From a virus, in the UHGV virus genome UHGV-0262680: 41,316 bases of DNA; one strand, written 5' to 3'. Shown here piece by piece: positions 29,411-38,377 of the stretch. Every line of letters begins with the position of its first letter. The stretch's first letter is position 1. The notes beneath the pieces are model-generated. The model worked only from the letters and a program-made list of their open reading frames with translations. It ran no database searches and was not told the origin of the DNA. A program made the translations under genes and the position numbers.

Positions 29411-29450
29411 CCGGAGGCATAAAAAAAGCCGGATTTACCGGCTTCATTGA
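29411..29450 (-). promoter_or_regulatory. Conserved 40-bp dyad-plus-T-run element, copy 2, 46 bp upstream of the endolysin ATG
   Basis: Minus strand TTCAATGAAGCCGGTAAATCCGGCTTTTTTTATGCCTCCGG; nearly identical to copy 1. Confidence 0.5.
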
Positions 29451-29464
29451 ATTAAAAAAGATGA

Positions 29465-29944
29465 CTACTCATCACCTTTGATGGAGCAATCTATCATCAT
29501 ATTTTTCCCCATAGGGAGAAACTTTGTCTGAATGTGAAAGCCCAGAATCTTATACGTTAGTCCGTAACCTTTAACTTTTGCTGCGGAAGCCACCATGTCA
29601 ATAACTCGTTCCTGCTGTTCTTCAGTTAATTGACCAATTACAGATTCAACAACCCGCGAACATGCAGCAAAGGAGGGCAGAGCGCCTACAGGATTATCAT
29701 CAAAATCTTTTACAGTCGTCGTTGAACTAACGACCTTATTATTAATCATAAACAATCCAAACTTGCTGTGAGCAGTTTCGGTTCCACCGTTCTTAATTGA
29801 ATCGCCCCCTTTAAGAGGCTTCCAGCTATTTAGTGCAATGAGGTCTTTTTCGGCCAGGCGTTTTTTGATTACCTCTTCAGAGGGCAGCTTTGCCGCATTA
29901 GCGCAAAATACGCTCAGTAAAAACATAAGAGGAAAGTATTTCAT
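29465..29944 (-). CDS. Secreted (signal-peptide) protein of unknown function, 159 aa; lower-GC accessory gene coupled to mor
   Basis: N-terminus MKYFPLMFLLSVFCANA is signal-peptide-like. Its ATG overlaps the mor stop in an ATGA junction at 29941-29944, and it is visibly AT-richer than the flanking genes. Confidence 0.55.
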   Translation of the reverse strand: MKYFPLMFLLSVFCANAAKLPSEEVIKKRLAEKDLIALNSWKPLKGGDSIKNGGTETAHSKFGLFMINNKVVSSTTTVKDFDDNPVGALPSFAACSRVVESVIGQLTEEQQERVIDMVASAAKVKGYGLTYKILGFHIQTKFLPMGKNMMIDCSIKGDE

Positions 29945-30351
29945 GGCTCATCCTTAAATAGTTGCATTTGATATTTTCCACGCTCCAGCCTTCGCATTCT
30001 TTTGATGGCCTGATATACCGTTTTGTAGGTCACTTTGTAACGCTGCACCAACTCTGCTACGTTTTTTCCATCAAAATCACGCCAGATGCGCATGTCTCTG
30101 ATCATATTTTCCAGTATTTTCCCTTTCGGAACATATACCTGAATCCCTCCGATATGATTGCAAATTGCCACTACCAGCTCAAGAGAGTGGGCAGGGTTAA
30201 CACCAAGCCTTATCAGTTCCTGTCGCAGCAGAGCATTCAGCTCTGAAAGTAGCGCCGGGTAAACATATTTTTCCTGATAATCGTGAAGATATTCCAGAAC
30301 ACTGTCGTCCCGGAAGTCTTCGAATAAATCCTGCTCTTTCATCTGTTTCAT
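29941..30351 (-). CDS. mor: Mor middle-operon transcription activator, 136 aa
   Basis: ...ALLSELNALLRQELIRLGVNPAHSLELVVAICNHIGGIQVYVP...IRDMRIWRDFDGKNVAELVQRYKVTYKTVYQAIKRMRRL aligns along its length with Mu Mor as recalled. Confidence 0.8.
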   Translation of the reverse strand: MKQMKEQDLFEDFRDDSVLEYLHDYQEKYVYPALLSELNALLRQELIRLGVNPAHSLELVVAICNHIGGIQVYVPKGKILENMIRDMRIWRDFDGKNVAELVQRYKVTYKTVYQAIKRMRRLERGKYQMQLFKDEP

Positions 30352-30899
30352 ACAGCAATTCTCCCGCTGTTTCGTGCGCGGGCATACGCACTGGTCAGTG
30401 CATCATAGCCGCGCAGCTCCCGCCCGGTTTCGCTCACAGGTAAAGGCACACCATGTCGGGCAAAGGCGTCCCGGATGCAGCGCATATGCCACTGTTTGAG
30501 CGTTTCGAGCACAACCTGCAACGATTCCCCGTGACACCAGGCCAGAGTGGAAACACCCTGACCGCCATTACGTCTGGCCGTCAGGCGTTCAACGTATTTG
30601 TCCAGCGCGGCGTCGCTGATATCGGAAACGAAACCATCAAGAAACATCTGCTGCCAGATTTTGTAAATCTTCTCGCGTGGTGTGACATGCCCCTTAAAGC
30701 GACGGCGGGGATGTTTTTTCTGCTTCTTAAAACCACGCTCTTTCATGGCATCGAGCACCTGTTCCAGTTGTGCGACGGACAGTTCGCGGCAACTGGTTTT
30801 GCCTGTGCACTGCACCAGAAAGGCGCGGTAAGTGTCATCGTCGAGTTGTAGATCACGACGGGCGACATGAATTAATTTAATCAGGGATGTGCGATTCAT
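30348..30899 (-). CDS. gemA: GemA-like protein, about 183 aa
   Basis: ATG at 30899 after GGAGGT gives MNRTSLIKLIHVARRDLQLDDDTYRAF...; lies directly upstream of mor, as in Mu. Confidence 0.7.
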   Translation of the reverse strand: MNRTSLIKLIHVARRDLQLDDDTYRAFLVQCTGKTSCRELSVAQLEQVLDAMKERGFKKQKKHPRRRFKGHVTPREKIYKIWQQMFLDGFVSDISDAALDKYVERLTARRNGGQGVSTLAWCHGESLQVVLETLKQWHMRCIRDAFARHGVPLPVSETGRELRGYDALTSAYARARNSGRIAV

Positions 30900-31177
30900 T
30901 ATCGTACCTCCAGAAAAGGGGGCGGTGCGGCAACACCGCCAGAATCCACTCACTAAACAGAGGAAACTTTTTATGAAAAACAGTGAACAGCCTTATGATG
31001 TTGCAGGGTATGTCATTGCCTCAAGGTTGCTGATACTCCTTGTCAGAAAGGGGCTGATTACCGCAGAGGAAGGCAAAACGATCCTCGAAGCCGCAGCAAG
31101 CGGAGCGGCAGAGGCTCCGGCATTGAGAACAACGAATAATCCCATCCTGCAAATATCACAGCTAATCACTGATACCA

Positions 31178-31525
31178 TCAGTTTGTTAGACCAAGATTCT
31201 GATGAATATCAAAAGCCTCAGCCATCTGAGCATCCGTAAGAATATCTTTATTTGATAGTCCCAGCCTGCGACGAATGTATTCCTCGCGGGCTGCTTCATT
31301 TTGTAGCGCCACGGCAACTTCCACCTGGTTCATTTCACGGTTAATAATGCTCCGGACTTCTCTGGCGGTGAGGTCATGCTCAATACCATATTTAACGATA
31401 TCGTGCATACGTTCCAGCATCTTTAAATTAGCCATGACGCCATCAATATCAACTGGTGTGAATTTCATTTCGTTATTCTCTGGTTTATTCATTTCGTAAT
31501 ACCTCTTCGCAATAAAAGATTTCAT
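31178..31525 (-). CDS. Hypothetical early-region protein, 115 aa
   Basis: ATG at 31525; in the semi-essential early region. Confidence 0.4.
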   Translation of the reverse strand: MKSFIAKRYYEMNKPENNEMKFTPVDIDGVMANLKMLERMHDIVKYGIEHDLTAREVRSIINREMNQVEVAVALQNEAAREEYIRRRLGLSNKDILTDAQMAEAFDIHQNLGLTN

Positions 31526-31667
31526 TGGGATAACGTTTTTGTATGCGCTCCATCACCTGCACACATGCCTGCTCTGTGGGCCAGATTTTTTCCGTTACCG
31601 GAATGGCATCGCAGGCATCATTCCCGCAGGTGCCAACCAGCAGGACAAAGCCAATTGACTTAATCAT
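31485..31667 (-). CDS. Small putative lipoprotein / secreted peptide, about 60 aa
   Basis: From the ATG at 31667: MIKSIGFVLLVGTCGNDAC..., a signal-peptide-like start with a Cys after the hydrophobic core. Confidence 0.3.
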   Translation of the reverse strand: MIKSIGFVLLVGTCGNDACDAIPVTEKIWPTEQACVQVMERIQKRYPNEIFYCEEVLRNE

Positions 31668-32202
31668 GCTCACTGGCTTCCTGTGTTGCCGCCGGAACCG
31701 GTGAATAATCAAGAATGAGATAGCGCAGGACGTGGTCGGTGATATTCCAGCCACTGGAGCCACAAATAAAACGTCCCAGCCGGATATCGATATACGCCAT
31801 CACAAAACGGGGCATTCCCTGTTTGCACATCTCGTCGCCCACTTCTGCAACGATGTAAACCGACTCGCAGGTCAGTACGCCTGTCGCAAATTCTTTTGCC
31901 AGTGCCGGAATAGCATTGCCTTCCAGCCAGGGCAAAGAGCGGCGGAACGCGCACCATTGAGCATCATCAACATCGGGATGTTCCGTTGTTGCGTTTCGTC
32001 TTACTGGCGGCGTCGGACGAGGGCGCGGAACGTCATAAAATCCGTTGCATTCTGTCAGCATTCCGGCATCAACCGCATCACGCAGGAAATACACCATTGA
32101 CGAGGGAGGCATCTTCATTTTTTCAGCCAGAACGCCACAGGTCAGACGCCCGTAAGCCCGTAGTAATGTGCTGACACCGTTCAGAATTTTTGCATCAATC
32201 AT
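31660..32202 (-). CDS. Hypothetical early-region protein, 180 aa
   Basis: ATG at 32202; downstream of gam. Confidence 0.45.
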   Translation of the reverse strand: MIDAKILNGVSTLLRAYGRLTCGVLAEKMKMPPSSMVYFLRDAVDAGMLTECNGFYDVPRPRPTPPVRRNATTEHPDVDDAQWCAFRRSLPWLEGNAIPALAKEFATGVLTCESVYIVAEVGDEMCKQGMPRFVMAYIDIRLGRFICGSSGWNITDHVLRYLILDYSPVPAATQEASEHD

Positions 32203-32300
32203 TTTTTATTTCTCAGATATCAGATTCAGGCGCGAGCAATCCCCTGACGCATCGCGCCATAATTAAAAGATTGTGAATTAATTAAATATTAATGGTGGTA

Positions 32301-32825
32301 TTAAATACCGGCTTCCTGTTCAAATGGAATAATAGAAAAATCTTCAATGCCCGATTTAACTGTAATTCCGGCAACACCTGCGACCGCTTTCGGCTCCAGT
32401 AAAATCGCCTCCTTGTTGATTTCCTGTTTCGTGCGAATAAAACGTTGCAGGCCAAGACGCTCCAGCGTTTCCATTACCGCATCCACACCGCGAATACTTA
32501 CTGATGGTGGGCGCTGACGCCATGACACATCACCGGTGACCAGGTTTGCCGTCTTCACCTTGCCGCCGTTCGTCAGTTCGTCACGGTTCGCTTCACACCA
32601 TCCCTGAATGCCTTTTGAAAGGGTTTCAATACTGGTTTTAAGTGGCGCAATCTGTGAGGCGTATTTTTCTGTAATCTCGGCGATAGCGTCATTCATTTCC
32701 GTTTCAAGTCGTGCTGCTTCGCGTTGCAGGTCACCAATCCGGCGGATATCACATACCACGGCATCGCGGGATTGCGGAACATAAGCCGCTGCGGCGTTCC
32801 TGATTCGTTTTACTGGTTTAGCCAT
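32301..32825 (-). CDS. gam: Gam host-nuclease inhibitor (Ku-like DNA-end-binding protein), 174 aa
   Basis: MAKPVKRIRNAAAAYVPQSRDAV...GWCEANRDELTNGGKVKTANLVTGDVSWR...IIPFEQEAGI, near-identical to Mu Gam as recalled. Confidence 0.9.
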   Translation of the reverse strand: MAKPVKRIRNAAAAYVPQSRDAVVCDIRRIGDLQREAARLETEMNDAIAEITEKYASQIAPLKTSIETLSKGIQGWCEANRDELTNGGKVKTANLVTGDVSWRQRPPSVSIRGVDAVMETLERLGLQRFIRTKQEINKEAILLEPKAVAGVAGITVKSGIEDFSIIPFEQEAGI

Positions 32826-32844
32826 TAAATAAAGCTCCTGTCAA

Positions 32845-33135
32845 TTAATATTCACTGTATACAATGCTGGATACCGCACGATTGCTTAATTCCATCTTTT
32901 TGGCTATCACATGAATAGCCAGCCCTTCTTTATAAAGTTCACGACACAAATATTTGTCATGCTCACTGATTCGGTAAACACACAACGATATTCCGTGCCT
33001 TCTGGCATGTGCCCGGAGGGCGGTTGTGGCAACGTTCAGTTTTTTCGCCATTTCCTCGACGGTCATTTTCCCGACACTGGCTTCGATAAATTCCCGGTCT
33101 TCGCGTGACCATCTTTTGCGAGGGATTATCATCAT
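32845..33135 (-). CDS. Small DNA-binding (helix-turn-helix-like) early protein, about 96 aa
   Basis: ATG-ATG at 33135/33132 after GGAAGGAGG; contains two helix-turn-helix-like segments. Confidence 0.45.
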   Translation of the reverse strand: MMIIPRKRWSREDREFIEASVGKMTVEEMAKKLNVATTALRAHARRHGISLCVYRISEHDKYLCRELYKEGLAIHVIAKKMELSNRAVSSIVYSEY

Positions 33136-33151
33136 GCCTCCTTCCCTGAAA

Positions 33152-33421
33152 TTAATGTTTGGTTGCATCCGGGTTATACCGGAATAACTCGCCTTCGGCT
33201 TCCAGCCCATGTTGTCTGGCTGACTTCAACAACTCCTGGGTTGCTTTTTCAATAATTTCAGGAGCCATGCTCTTGATAATGCCTGCCATCACGTCATGTG
33301 GTCCGATTAGCCCCTTAGGAGACTGTTCTTCCAGTTGCACACTCATTCCTACAAAGAAACCTCCTTTTTTCTGAAACTCAACATCTTCCATGCGGTTAAA
33401 TTCAAAGATTACTTTTGCCAT
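33152..33421 (-). CDS. Hypothetical early protein, about 89 aa
   Basis: ATG at 33421 with GAGGAA upstream (the track start at 33475 is TTG). Confidence 0.4.
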   Translation of the reverse strand: MAKVIFEFNRMEDVEFQKKGGFFVGMSVQLEEQSPKGLIGPHDVMAGIIKSMAPEIIEKATQELLKSARQHGLEAEGELFRYNPDATKH

Positions 33422-33453
33422 TTTGTTATTCCTCACAAATAAATAAGCCGTTG

Positions 33454-33681
33454 TTAACGCCAGATAATCTGACAACCATTAAGACGGGCCGTCCATACTG
33501 AACGGGCAACCCCGGATTTATGCTCCATAATTCTGACAGCATTCCTGACAAGCTCCGGTGGCGGACAGGTGATTTCAAGCACCGGGCGGGCCACGCCCAG
33601 CCAGGATTCGTTGACGTGGCTGCCGCGCCCCTGTAACCAGGTCTTTACTTCCGTTGCCATTTTGATATTCCGTGACATCAT
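33454..33681 (-). CDS. kil: Kil-like small protein, about 75 aa
   Basis: First gene after B; ATG-ATG at 33681 after AAGGAG; size matches Mu Kil at about 74 aa. Confidence 0.45.
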   Translation of the reverse strand: MMSRNIKMATEVKTWLQGRGSHVNESWLGVARPVLEITCPPPELVRNAVRIMEHKSGVARSVWTARLNGCQIIWR

Positions 33682-33694
33682 GATTTCGCTCTCC

Positions 33695-34633
33695 TTACGT
33701 GCGCAGCAGAGTTGAAATATCAACGTCCAGGTCTAATTCACGGAAAGCCTGACGCAGATAATCTTCATTAACACGTTCACCTTTGCCGTGGGCGGTCATG
33801 GCAGCAAGGCGCAGCGAGTGGTTCAGGATGCGAAGCGCACCTGGTTTTTGCGCAATCTGCTGTAATAATTCCCGCTCATTTTCGCCGGTAATCTGCCAGG
33901 CATCCGCAATGGCCTTTACATCATCAATTTTGGTTTTATTGATTGCCGTCCGTTTGGCAATACGGGAAAACAGTCGGGCAAATTCAACCGTTCTGTTACC
34001 ACCGGTCATGTTTGAATAAACGCGGTGATTCCCCATCAGAACAAGGCCAATACGGGCGGATTCCTGCAACAGGCGGAGTTCTTCCAGAACTTCAGCGCCA
34101 AGATGATCAGCTTCGTCGATAATGACCAGCCCCTGCGTACCTTCAAGACGGCGTCTCAAAGCGCGGGAGAGTGGCCCCTTACGGCGTGGTGCGTCATTCA
34201 TTCCCAGTTCATAAGCCAGTTCAGTCAGGCATTCCAGAACACTGGCACAGGATGGGGTAACGGTGATCATCCAGACATTGTTATTGGTGCGACGAAATTC
34301 GCGGGCCGCTTCAGTTTTTCCCACACCTGGATTACCGCAGATAACAGAAATACTTTCAGTCAGGCTGGCAAAACGCATACTCGTCCAGATTTGGCGTGCT
34401 GTTCTGGTTTCCACAAAACGTGGTGGTTCTGGCAGCTCTGCGGCACGGTGATAGTTCTCCAGCCAGCGTTCCAGCGTCTGCGCAACACGTTCATTGTCGC
34501 CGTTGTACTTGTTATTCACGAATGCGCTTAACGTTCCTGCGGCCACGCCAGACTCGCGTGCAATTTGTGCATAAGTCGCTTTTTCACTTTCTACAAGCGT
34601 GCGCAGTCCTGCGCGAATATCGGAAATATTCAT
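33695..34633 (-). CDS. B: MuB ATP-dependent target-DNA activator, 312 aa
   Basis: [15 protein letters not shown]...[41 protein letters not shown]...; Walker A motif GNPGVGKT; 312 aa as in Mu B. Confidence 0.95.
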   Translation of the reverse strand: MNISDIRAGLRTLVESEKATYAQIARESGVAAGTLSAFVNNKYNGDNERVAQTLERWLENYHRAAELPEPPRFVETRTARQIWTSMRFASLTESISVICGNPGVGKTEAAREFRRTNNNVWMITVTPSCASVLECLTELAYELGMNDAPRRKGPLSRALRRRLEGTQGLVIIDEADHLGAEVLEELRLLQESARIGLVLMGNHRVYSNMTGGNRTVEFARLFSRIAKRTAINKTKIDDVKAIADAWQITGENERELLQQIAQKPGALRILNHSLRLAAMTAHGKGERVNEDYLRQAFRELDLDVDISTLLRT

Positions 34634-34671
34634 CTGAATAACCTCGTAATTAAATTTTGTTTAAACGTTAA

Positions 34672-36660
34672 TTAAATGGCTTTTTTACGTCTGTTCTGTT
34701 CCAGAATATCCAGCGAATGATTCAGATATTCATCACGATCAGTTTCATATTCATCATCGGGTTCCTGGTATTTCACCTGCACCGTGTTACCGGAAGGCCG
34801 GAAAATACCAACAACCCTTGATTCTGGCGCTGCTGGTTCGGCTATCTGCGGCAGCAGTTCAGCAACTTCCAGCGCGTCCATTTGCTTCTGCGCCTTAATG
34901 GCTGCTTTAGTTGCAGATTTCAGTTGTTTCTGGCGGCGGCGATATTCGCGGCCTGCCGCAGCATCATTAAATGCAACAGGTGCCAGACATTCCGCTTCAC
35001 AGATAAACCGACCGTCCAGGGTGTAGCAATAAACTGTGCTGTGTAGCTGCTGCGGATCAAACCTGACCACAACTTTTTTCACGCCTGCATTCATTAACGC
35101 CATGTTGTAATAAACGTTTTTCGCGCCTTTAAGGGAGCCGCCAACTTTAAGCGTAAACTCGCCTTTGCGTGAAACGTTCACCGCTTCGGCAGGCAGTAAC
35201 AGCATCCGTTTTTGTTCTTCGGTTGGCTTACGCACAATCGTTCTGGCGTATTCACGCTCGAAAACATCATCAAACGAGAGTTTGCCCCCGCACATTTCTG
35301 TTTCACGGCCTGTTCTGGCATTGAACATCGCCACACCTTCGGCAAGGGTTTTCAGAAACAGCTCTGCATCAACAGCGCGGTCGCCATAGTTATCAGGTTT
35401 TGCCTGCGGATTTGGCCCCGTATATGCACCAGCCAGTGCCGGATGCTTATCAACGTATTCCTCAAGCCCACCAACACCGAAAGCACGTTCAACAGGTTTT
35501 GCCTGGCCCCAGCCTTTACCGGCAACAACGCTTGTCCAGTGCATTTTCGCACCCATCAGTAAAAACAGTCCTTTTGGATCGTCCTCTTTTACCTTAAAGC
35601 GGTAGCGATTGGGCGCGCCTCCCGTCAGCCATTTATTCGCAGCACCACGGGTGTTATCAATGGTGATGTGAAAATCCTCCGGGATACCGTAGCGAGTCAC
35701 AACATCCATGAACGAGAGGCGAATTGAATCAATGTTCTCGCTCACATCGCAGCGCCAGCCCAGAATTTTTCGGGTTTTCACATCCTGCCAGAACCATGTT
35801 TTTGGACGGATCACATCACCGTTAAACCAGCGTACAAAGACGTTATGCAGATAACCGTCGCCGTTGATCCACTGCATGGCGTCCAGGTGTTCCACAGTTC
35901 GCTGCTGTGCTGGTATCAGATGCATCAGTGCATGTTCACCTTCACGACAGGCAACAACCATTGCCTCGTCCAGTTGCTGAATCCGGCGAAAGGCCGTGGC
36001 ACGGGAGGGAATACTCCAGCCATGCTCGCGGGCTGCCAGTTCCAGACGCTCATAACATTTGCGGAAGGCGGGCTTTTCCGGTCGCAGATAATCTGCAATC
36101 AGAAACTGCCAGGCATCCTCGTCAAATTCACTTTTGTGAACATTGCGACGGGATGCTCCACGTCCATCAACAAGTGCAGCCGCCCAGTCAGGTTTCGCAA
36201 ACTTCTGTACCTGGTAATACTTGTCCCGCAAAGTGGATGCGCTGACCTGGTAATGCCCTGCAACGGTCGCAAAAGCCGTTTTCGTTGAAATCCCCTGGTT
36301 CAGCATTTCGTCTGCAGCCTGAACCGCAGGCAACCATTTTTCAGCAAGTCTGCGCTGGGAATCGCTGGCGTTATCCCATTTGCTCCACAGCGCCTCGCGA
36401 TCATAATCGTGGGCTTCCAGCGTGGGGCGGGCGATTTCAAAATACCCTTGGCTTGTTTCAATTCTCCCTTGTTGCAACAGAATTTCAGCACGTAATGTGA
36501 CAGGAAATGATTTGATATTGAATTCAAATGATACACCTTTAGTTCCTGCAACCTGCCTGAACTCCCAGCCTTCTCTTTGTGCCTTACGTGTAATGTTAGT
36601 GGCTTGCTTTGGTAAACCTGCCAAACCGAGCAACTCTTTTGCTGTATACCATTCTTTCAT
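34672..36660 (-). CDS. A: MuA DDE transposase, 662 aa (D108-type N-terminus)
   Basis: From ...[49 protein letters not shown]... onward it matches Mu A as recalled; the first ~60 aa differ, as in D108. Confidence 0.95.
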
Positions 36661-36667
36661 AGCGCAC

Positions 36668-36889
36668 CTAGTATCGAGACGGCCAAATATCTTGCGGTGT
36701 CATTCCCAGTGCATCTGCAATGATTTTCTCCGCTTTCGGATATCTCTTATCCAAAGCATTTTTTAATGTTGAAGACGAAAGATGATTAGATCTTCCCAAT
36801 TCAGCTAGTGACATATTGCGTTTTCGTAGCGCTGCAACGATGTCAGCTCTGTGCCAATCTTGGCTGTTAGTTCTTTTATTCATATGCAT
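36668..36889 (-). CDS. ner: Ner DNA-binding regulator, 73 aa
   Basis: ...[23 protein letters not shown]...[22 protein letters not shown]; 73 aa as in D108 Ner. Confidence 0.85.
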
Positions 36890-37074
36890 TTCATGTAATC
36901 CTTTCAGATTCCCCCGTGAGCTACGCTATAAAGTAGCTCACGGCATATCGTGCAATGTAGTGTGGAATCACTTTCAAATCAATAGTGATTTGATAGGATT
37001 TGCCACAATTTTGCATAACGGCATGATTTTTATATGAATTTATTTTATCTCTATTGAAATCACTAGGATTTTAA
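36890..37074. promoter_or_regulatory. Divergent early/repressor promoter-operator region between ner and c
   Basis: 185-bp AT-rich intergenic region between divergent genes; contains the inverted repeats GTGAGCTAC-N8-GTAGCTCAC and AATCACT-N11-AGTGATT. Confidence 0.6.
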
Positions 37075-37599
37075 ATGATGCCTTTTGAAATCAAAGAATG
37101 GTTTAATGCGAAAGAGCTGGAAGGGATGCCTGGTGTACCAAAGTTGGCGACTAACATTACCAGGAAAGCTGTGGCGGAAGATTGGGTAAAACGTCAGCGT
37201 CACGGTGGGAAAGGTGTCGCTTATGAGTATCACATCAACAGTCTGCCAGAAGAAACACGCAGGGCCATTAAAGGAGCCTCACTTTCTGATAAACCAGTGC
37301 ATACATCAATCGCCCATACAGTTGATGAGAGGCTAATTTATGCAATGAGCTTCTTAACACCAGATGAGCAGGCCGCAGCTGTGGAGATCATTCGTGTAGC
37401 AGGGATTAAAGGACTTATGCCTACAATTGTCAGTAAAGATAAGGCATTAGAGGCATTAGGGATTACTGTGGAGCAACAGAAAACCCTGCAAACTCTTCAG
37501 GCATTACCACCGGAAAAAGTGAGAGAGATTTTGTCTCAGTATGAAGGCAAAGAACATAATTTCCCTGTAAGAGAAAACGATGTAAAGAAGGCTGTATAA
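37075..37599 (+). CDS. c: Repressor c (D108-type), 174 aa
   Basis: Divergent from ner; the N-terminus [32 protein letters not shown] parallels the DNA-binding N-terminus of the adjacent transposase ([27 protein letters not shown]), as is known for Mu/D108 repressor and A. Confidence 0.85.
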   Translation: MMPFEIKEWFNAKELEGMPGVPKLATNITRKAVAEDWVKRQRHGGKGVAYEYHINSLPEETRRAIKGASLSDKPVHTSIAHTVDERLIYAMSFLTPDEQAAAVEIIRVAGIKGLMPTIVSKDKALEALGITVEQQKTLQTLQALPPEKVREILSQYEGKEHNFPVRENDVKKAV

Positions 37600-37938
37600 C
37601 AACCAGGTAATGGCTAAGACATAAACTTCACTCCAGGTTATTACATATGTAAGATACCCAAACAGTGATGATTGTTTTTGACACACAGCACTTGCTGAAA
37701 GCCTGGTTGTTACCGTTTTTGAAGCATTTTTGAAGCTGTACTTGAAATGATGCGTGAAGTAATTGCTTTTCGTGTCTTTAATGAATCAAAAGCTGTTTCC
37801 AACAATCTTTCGCGTTTCAAGATGTAACGGCTAAAATCTATCCTACAGGCTTGCAAGCCCCACTAAATCTAATCCCGCCAAATCCCGAATAATCCAATGT
37901 CCTCCCGGTTTTTTTCGTACTTCACGTGAATCAATACA
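37600..37938. promoter_or_regulatory. Mu left end (attL) with transposase-binding sites
   Basis: Terminal sequence rc TGTATTGATTCACGTGAAGTACGAAAAAAACCGGGAGGACATTGG..., with further TGAAGC/TTTCG-type repeats inward. Confidence 0.65.
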
Positions 37939-38377
37939 GGAATTCGATTAGTTCTTCGCGTGTAGCACTGTAAAAAGTCACGTCATCCACGCCTTTGAAG
38001 TATTTCTTGATGGTTCCTACACGCTTAAGGCCAATCATTGCGCAGTACATCTGCCCGTGGCGGAATTTGCGTGCAGCGAACGATGTGACGCACTGAACGG
38101 TGGTGTTAGTCAGAATGTATCGCCAGAACGCCAGACCGATTTCCTTGCTGAATCCACGAACCTCTGGCAGGTACATGGCGTGGCAATCGAATGTCAGCGG
38201 CTGAATCTCCTGATAGTAAACAATGCCGCCGAACTGCCCGTGCACGCTCACCTCAAAGTAACGGCATTCAGGTTTGTAGTCGTATCCATCGCCGTTGTTG
38301 CTCCCGGCGATAATGTCAGGGTGATTTCCGACTGCTTCTATCAGGTCGATGTTTCGCGTTGGTTTGAATGTAATCAT
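37931..38377 (-). CDS. P22 gene-14-like protein, C-terminus altered by the Mu insertion
   Basis: The ORF reads from host DNA into the Mu left end, ending ...ELIEFLY. Joining the flanks across one GGAAT copy restores ...ELIEFLNHGR-stop. Confidence 0.55.
   Translation of the reverse strand: MITFKPTRNIDLIEAVGNHPDIIAGSNNGDGYDYKPECRYFEVSVHGQFGGIVYYQEIQPLTFDCHAMYLPEVRGFSKEIGLAFWRYILTNTTVQCVTSFAARKFRHGQMYCAMIGLKRVGTIKKYFKGVDDVTFYSATREELIEFLY
37939..37943. repeat. 5-bp target-site duplication GGAAT (right copy)
   Basis: Identical to 4246-4250. Confidence 0.85.

Larger units (their letters stand above)
4251..37938 (-). mobile_element. Mu/D108-like transposable prophage, 33,688 bp, apparently complete
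   Basis: Right end TGAAGCGGCGCACGAAAAACGCGAAAACGTTTCACGATAAATGCGAAAAC at 4251; left end rc TGTATTGATTCACGTGAAGTACGAAAAAAACCGGGAGGACATTGGATTATTCGGGAT ending at 37938; flanked by the 5-bp duplication. Gene order c, ner, A, B, kil, gam, gemA, mor, lysis, head, tail, com, mom. Confidence 0.92.

Noticed and set aside
30993-31178. Minus-strand ORF of 61 aa in the gap upstream of gemA
   Set aside because: Low-complexity, no ribosome-binding site, and overlapped by the better-supported plus-strand candidate; probably non-coding.
4251-37938. Possible CRISPR array, tRNA, integrase or attachment-site-type integration
   Set aside because: No spacer-repeat array, no tRNA-like sequence and no tyrosine or serine integrase were seen. 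The element has Mu-type ends and a 5-bp duplication, so it integrated by transposition.
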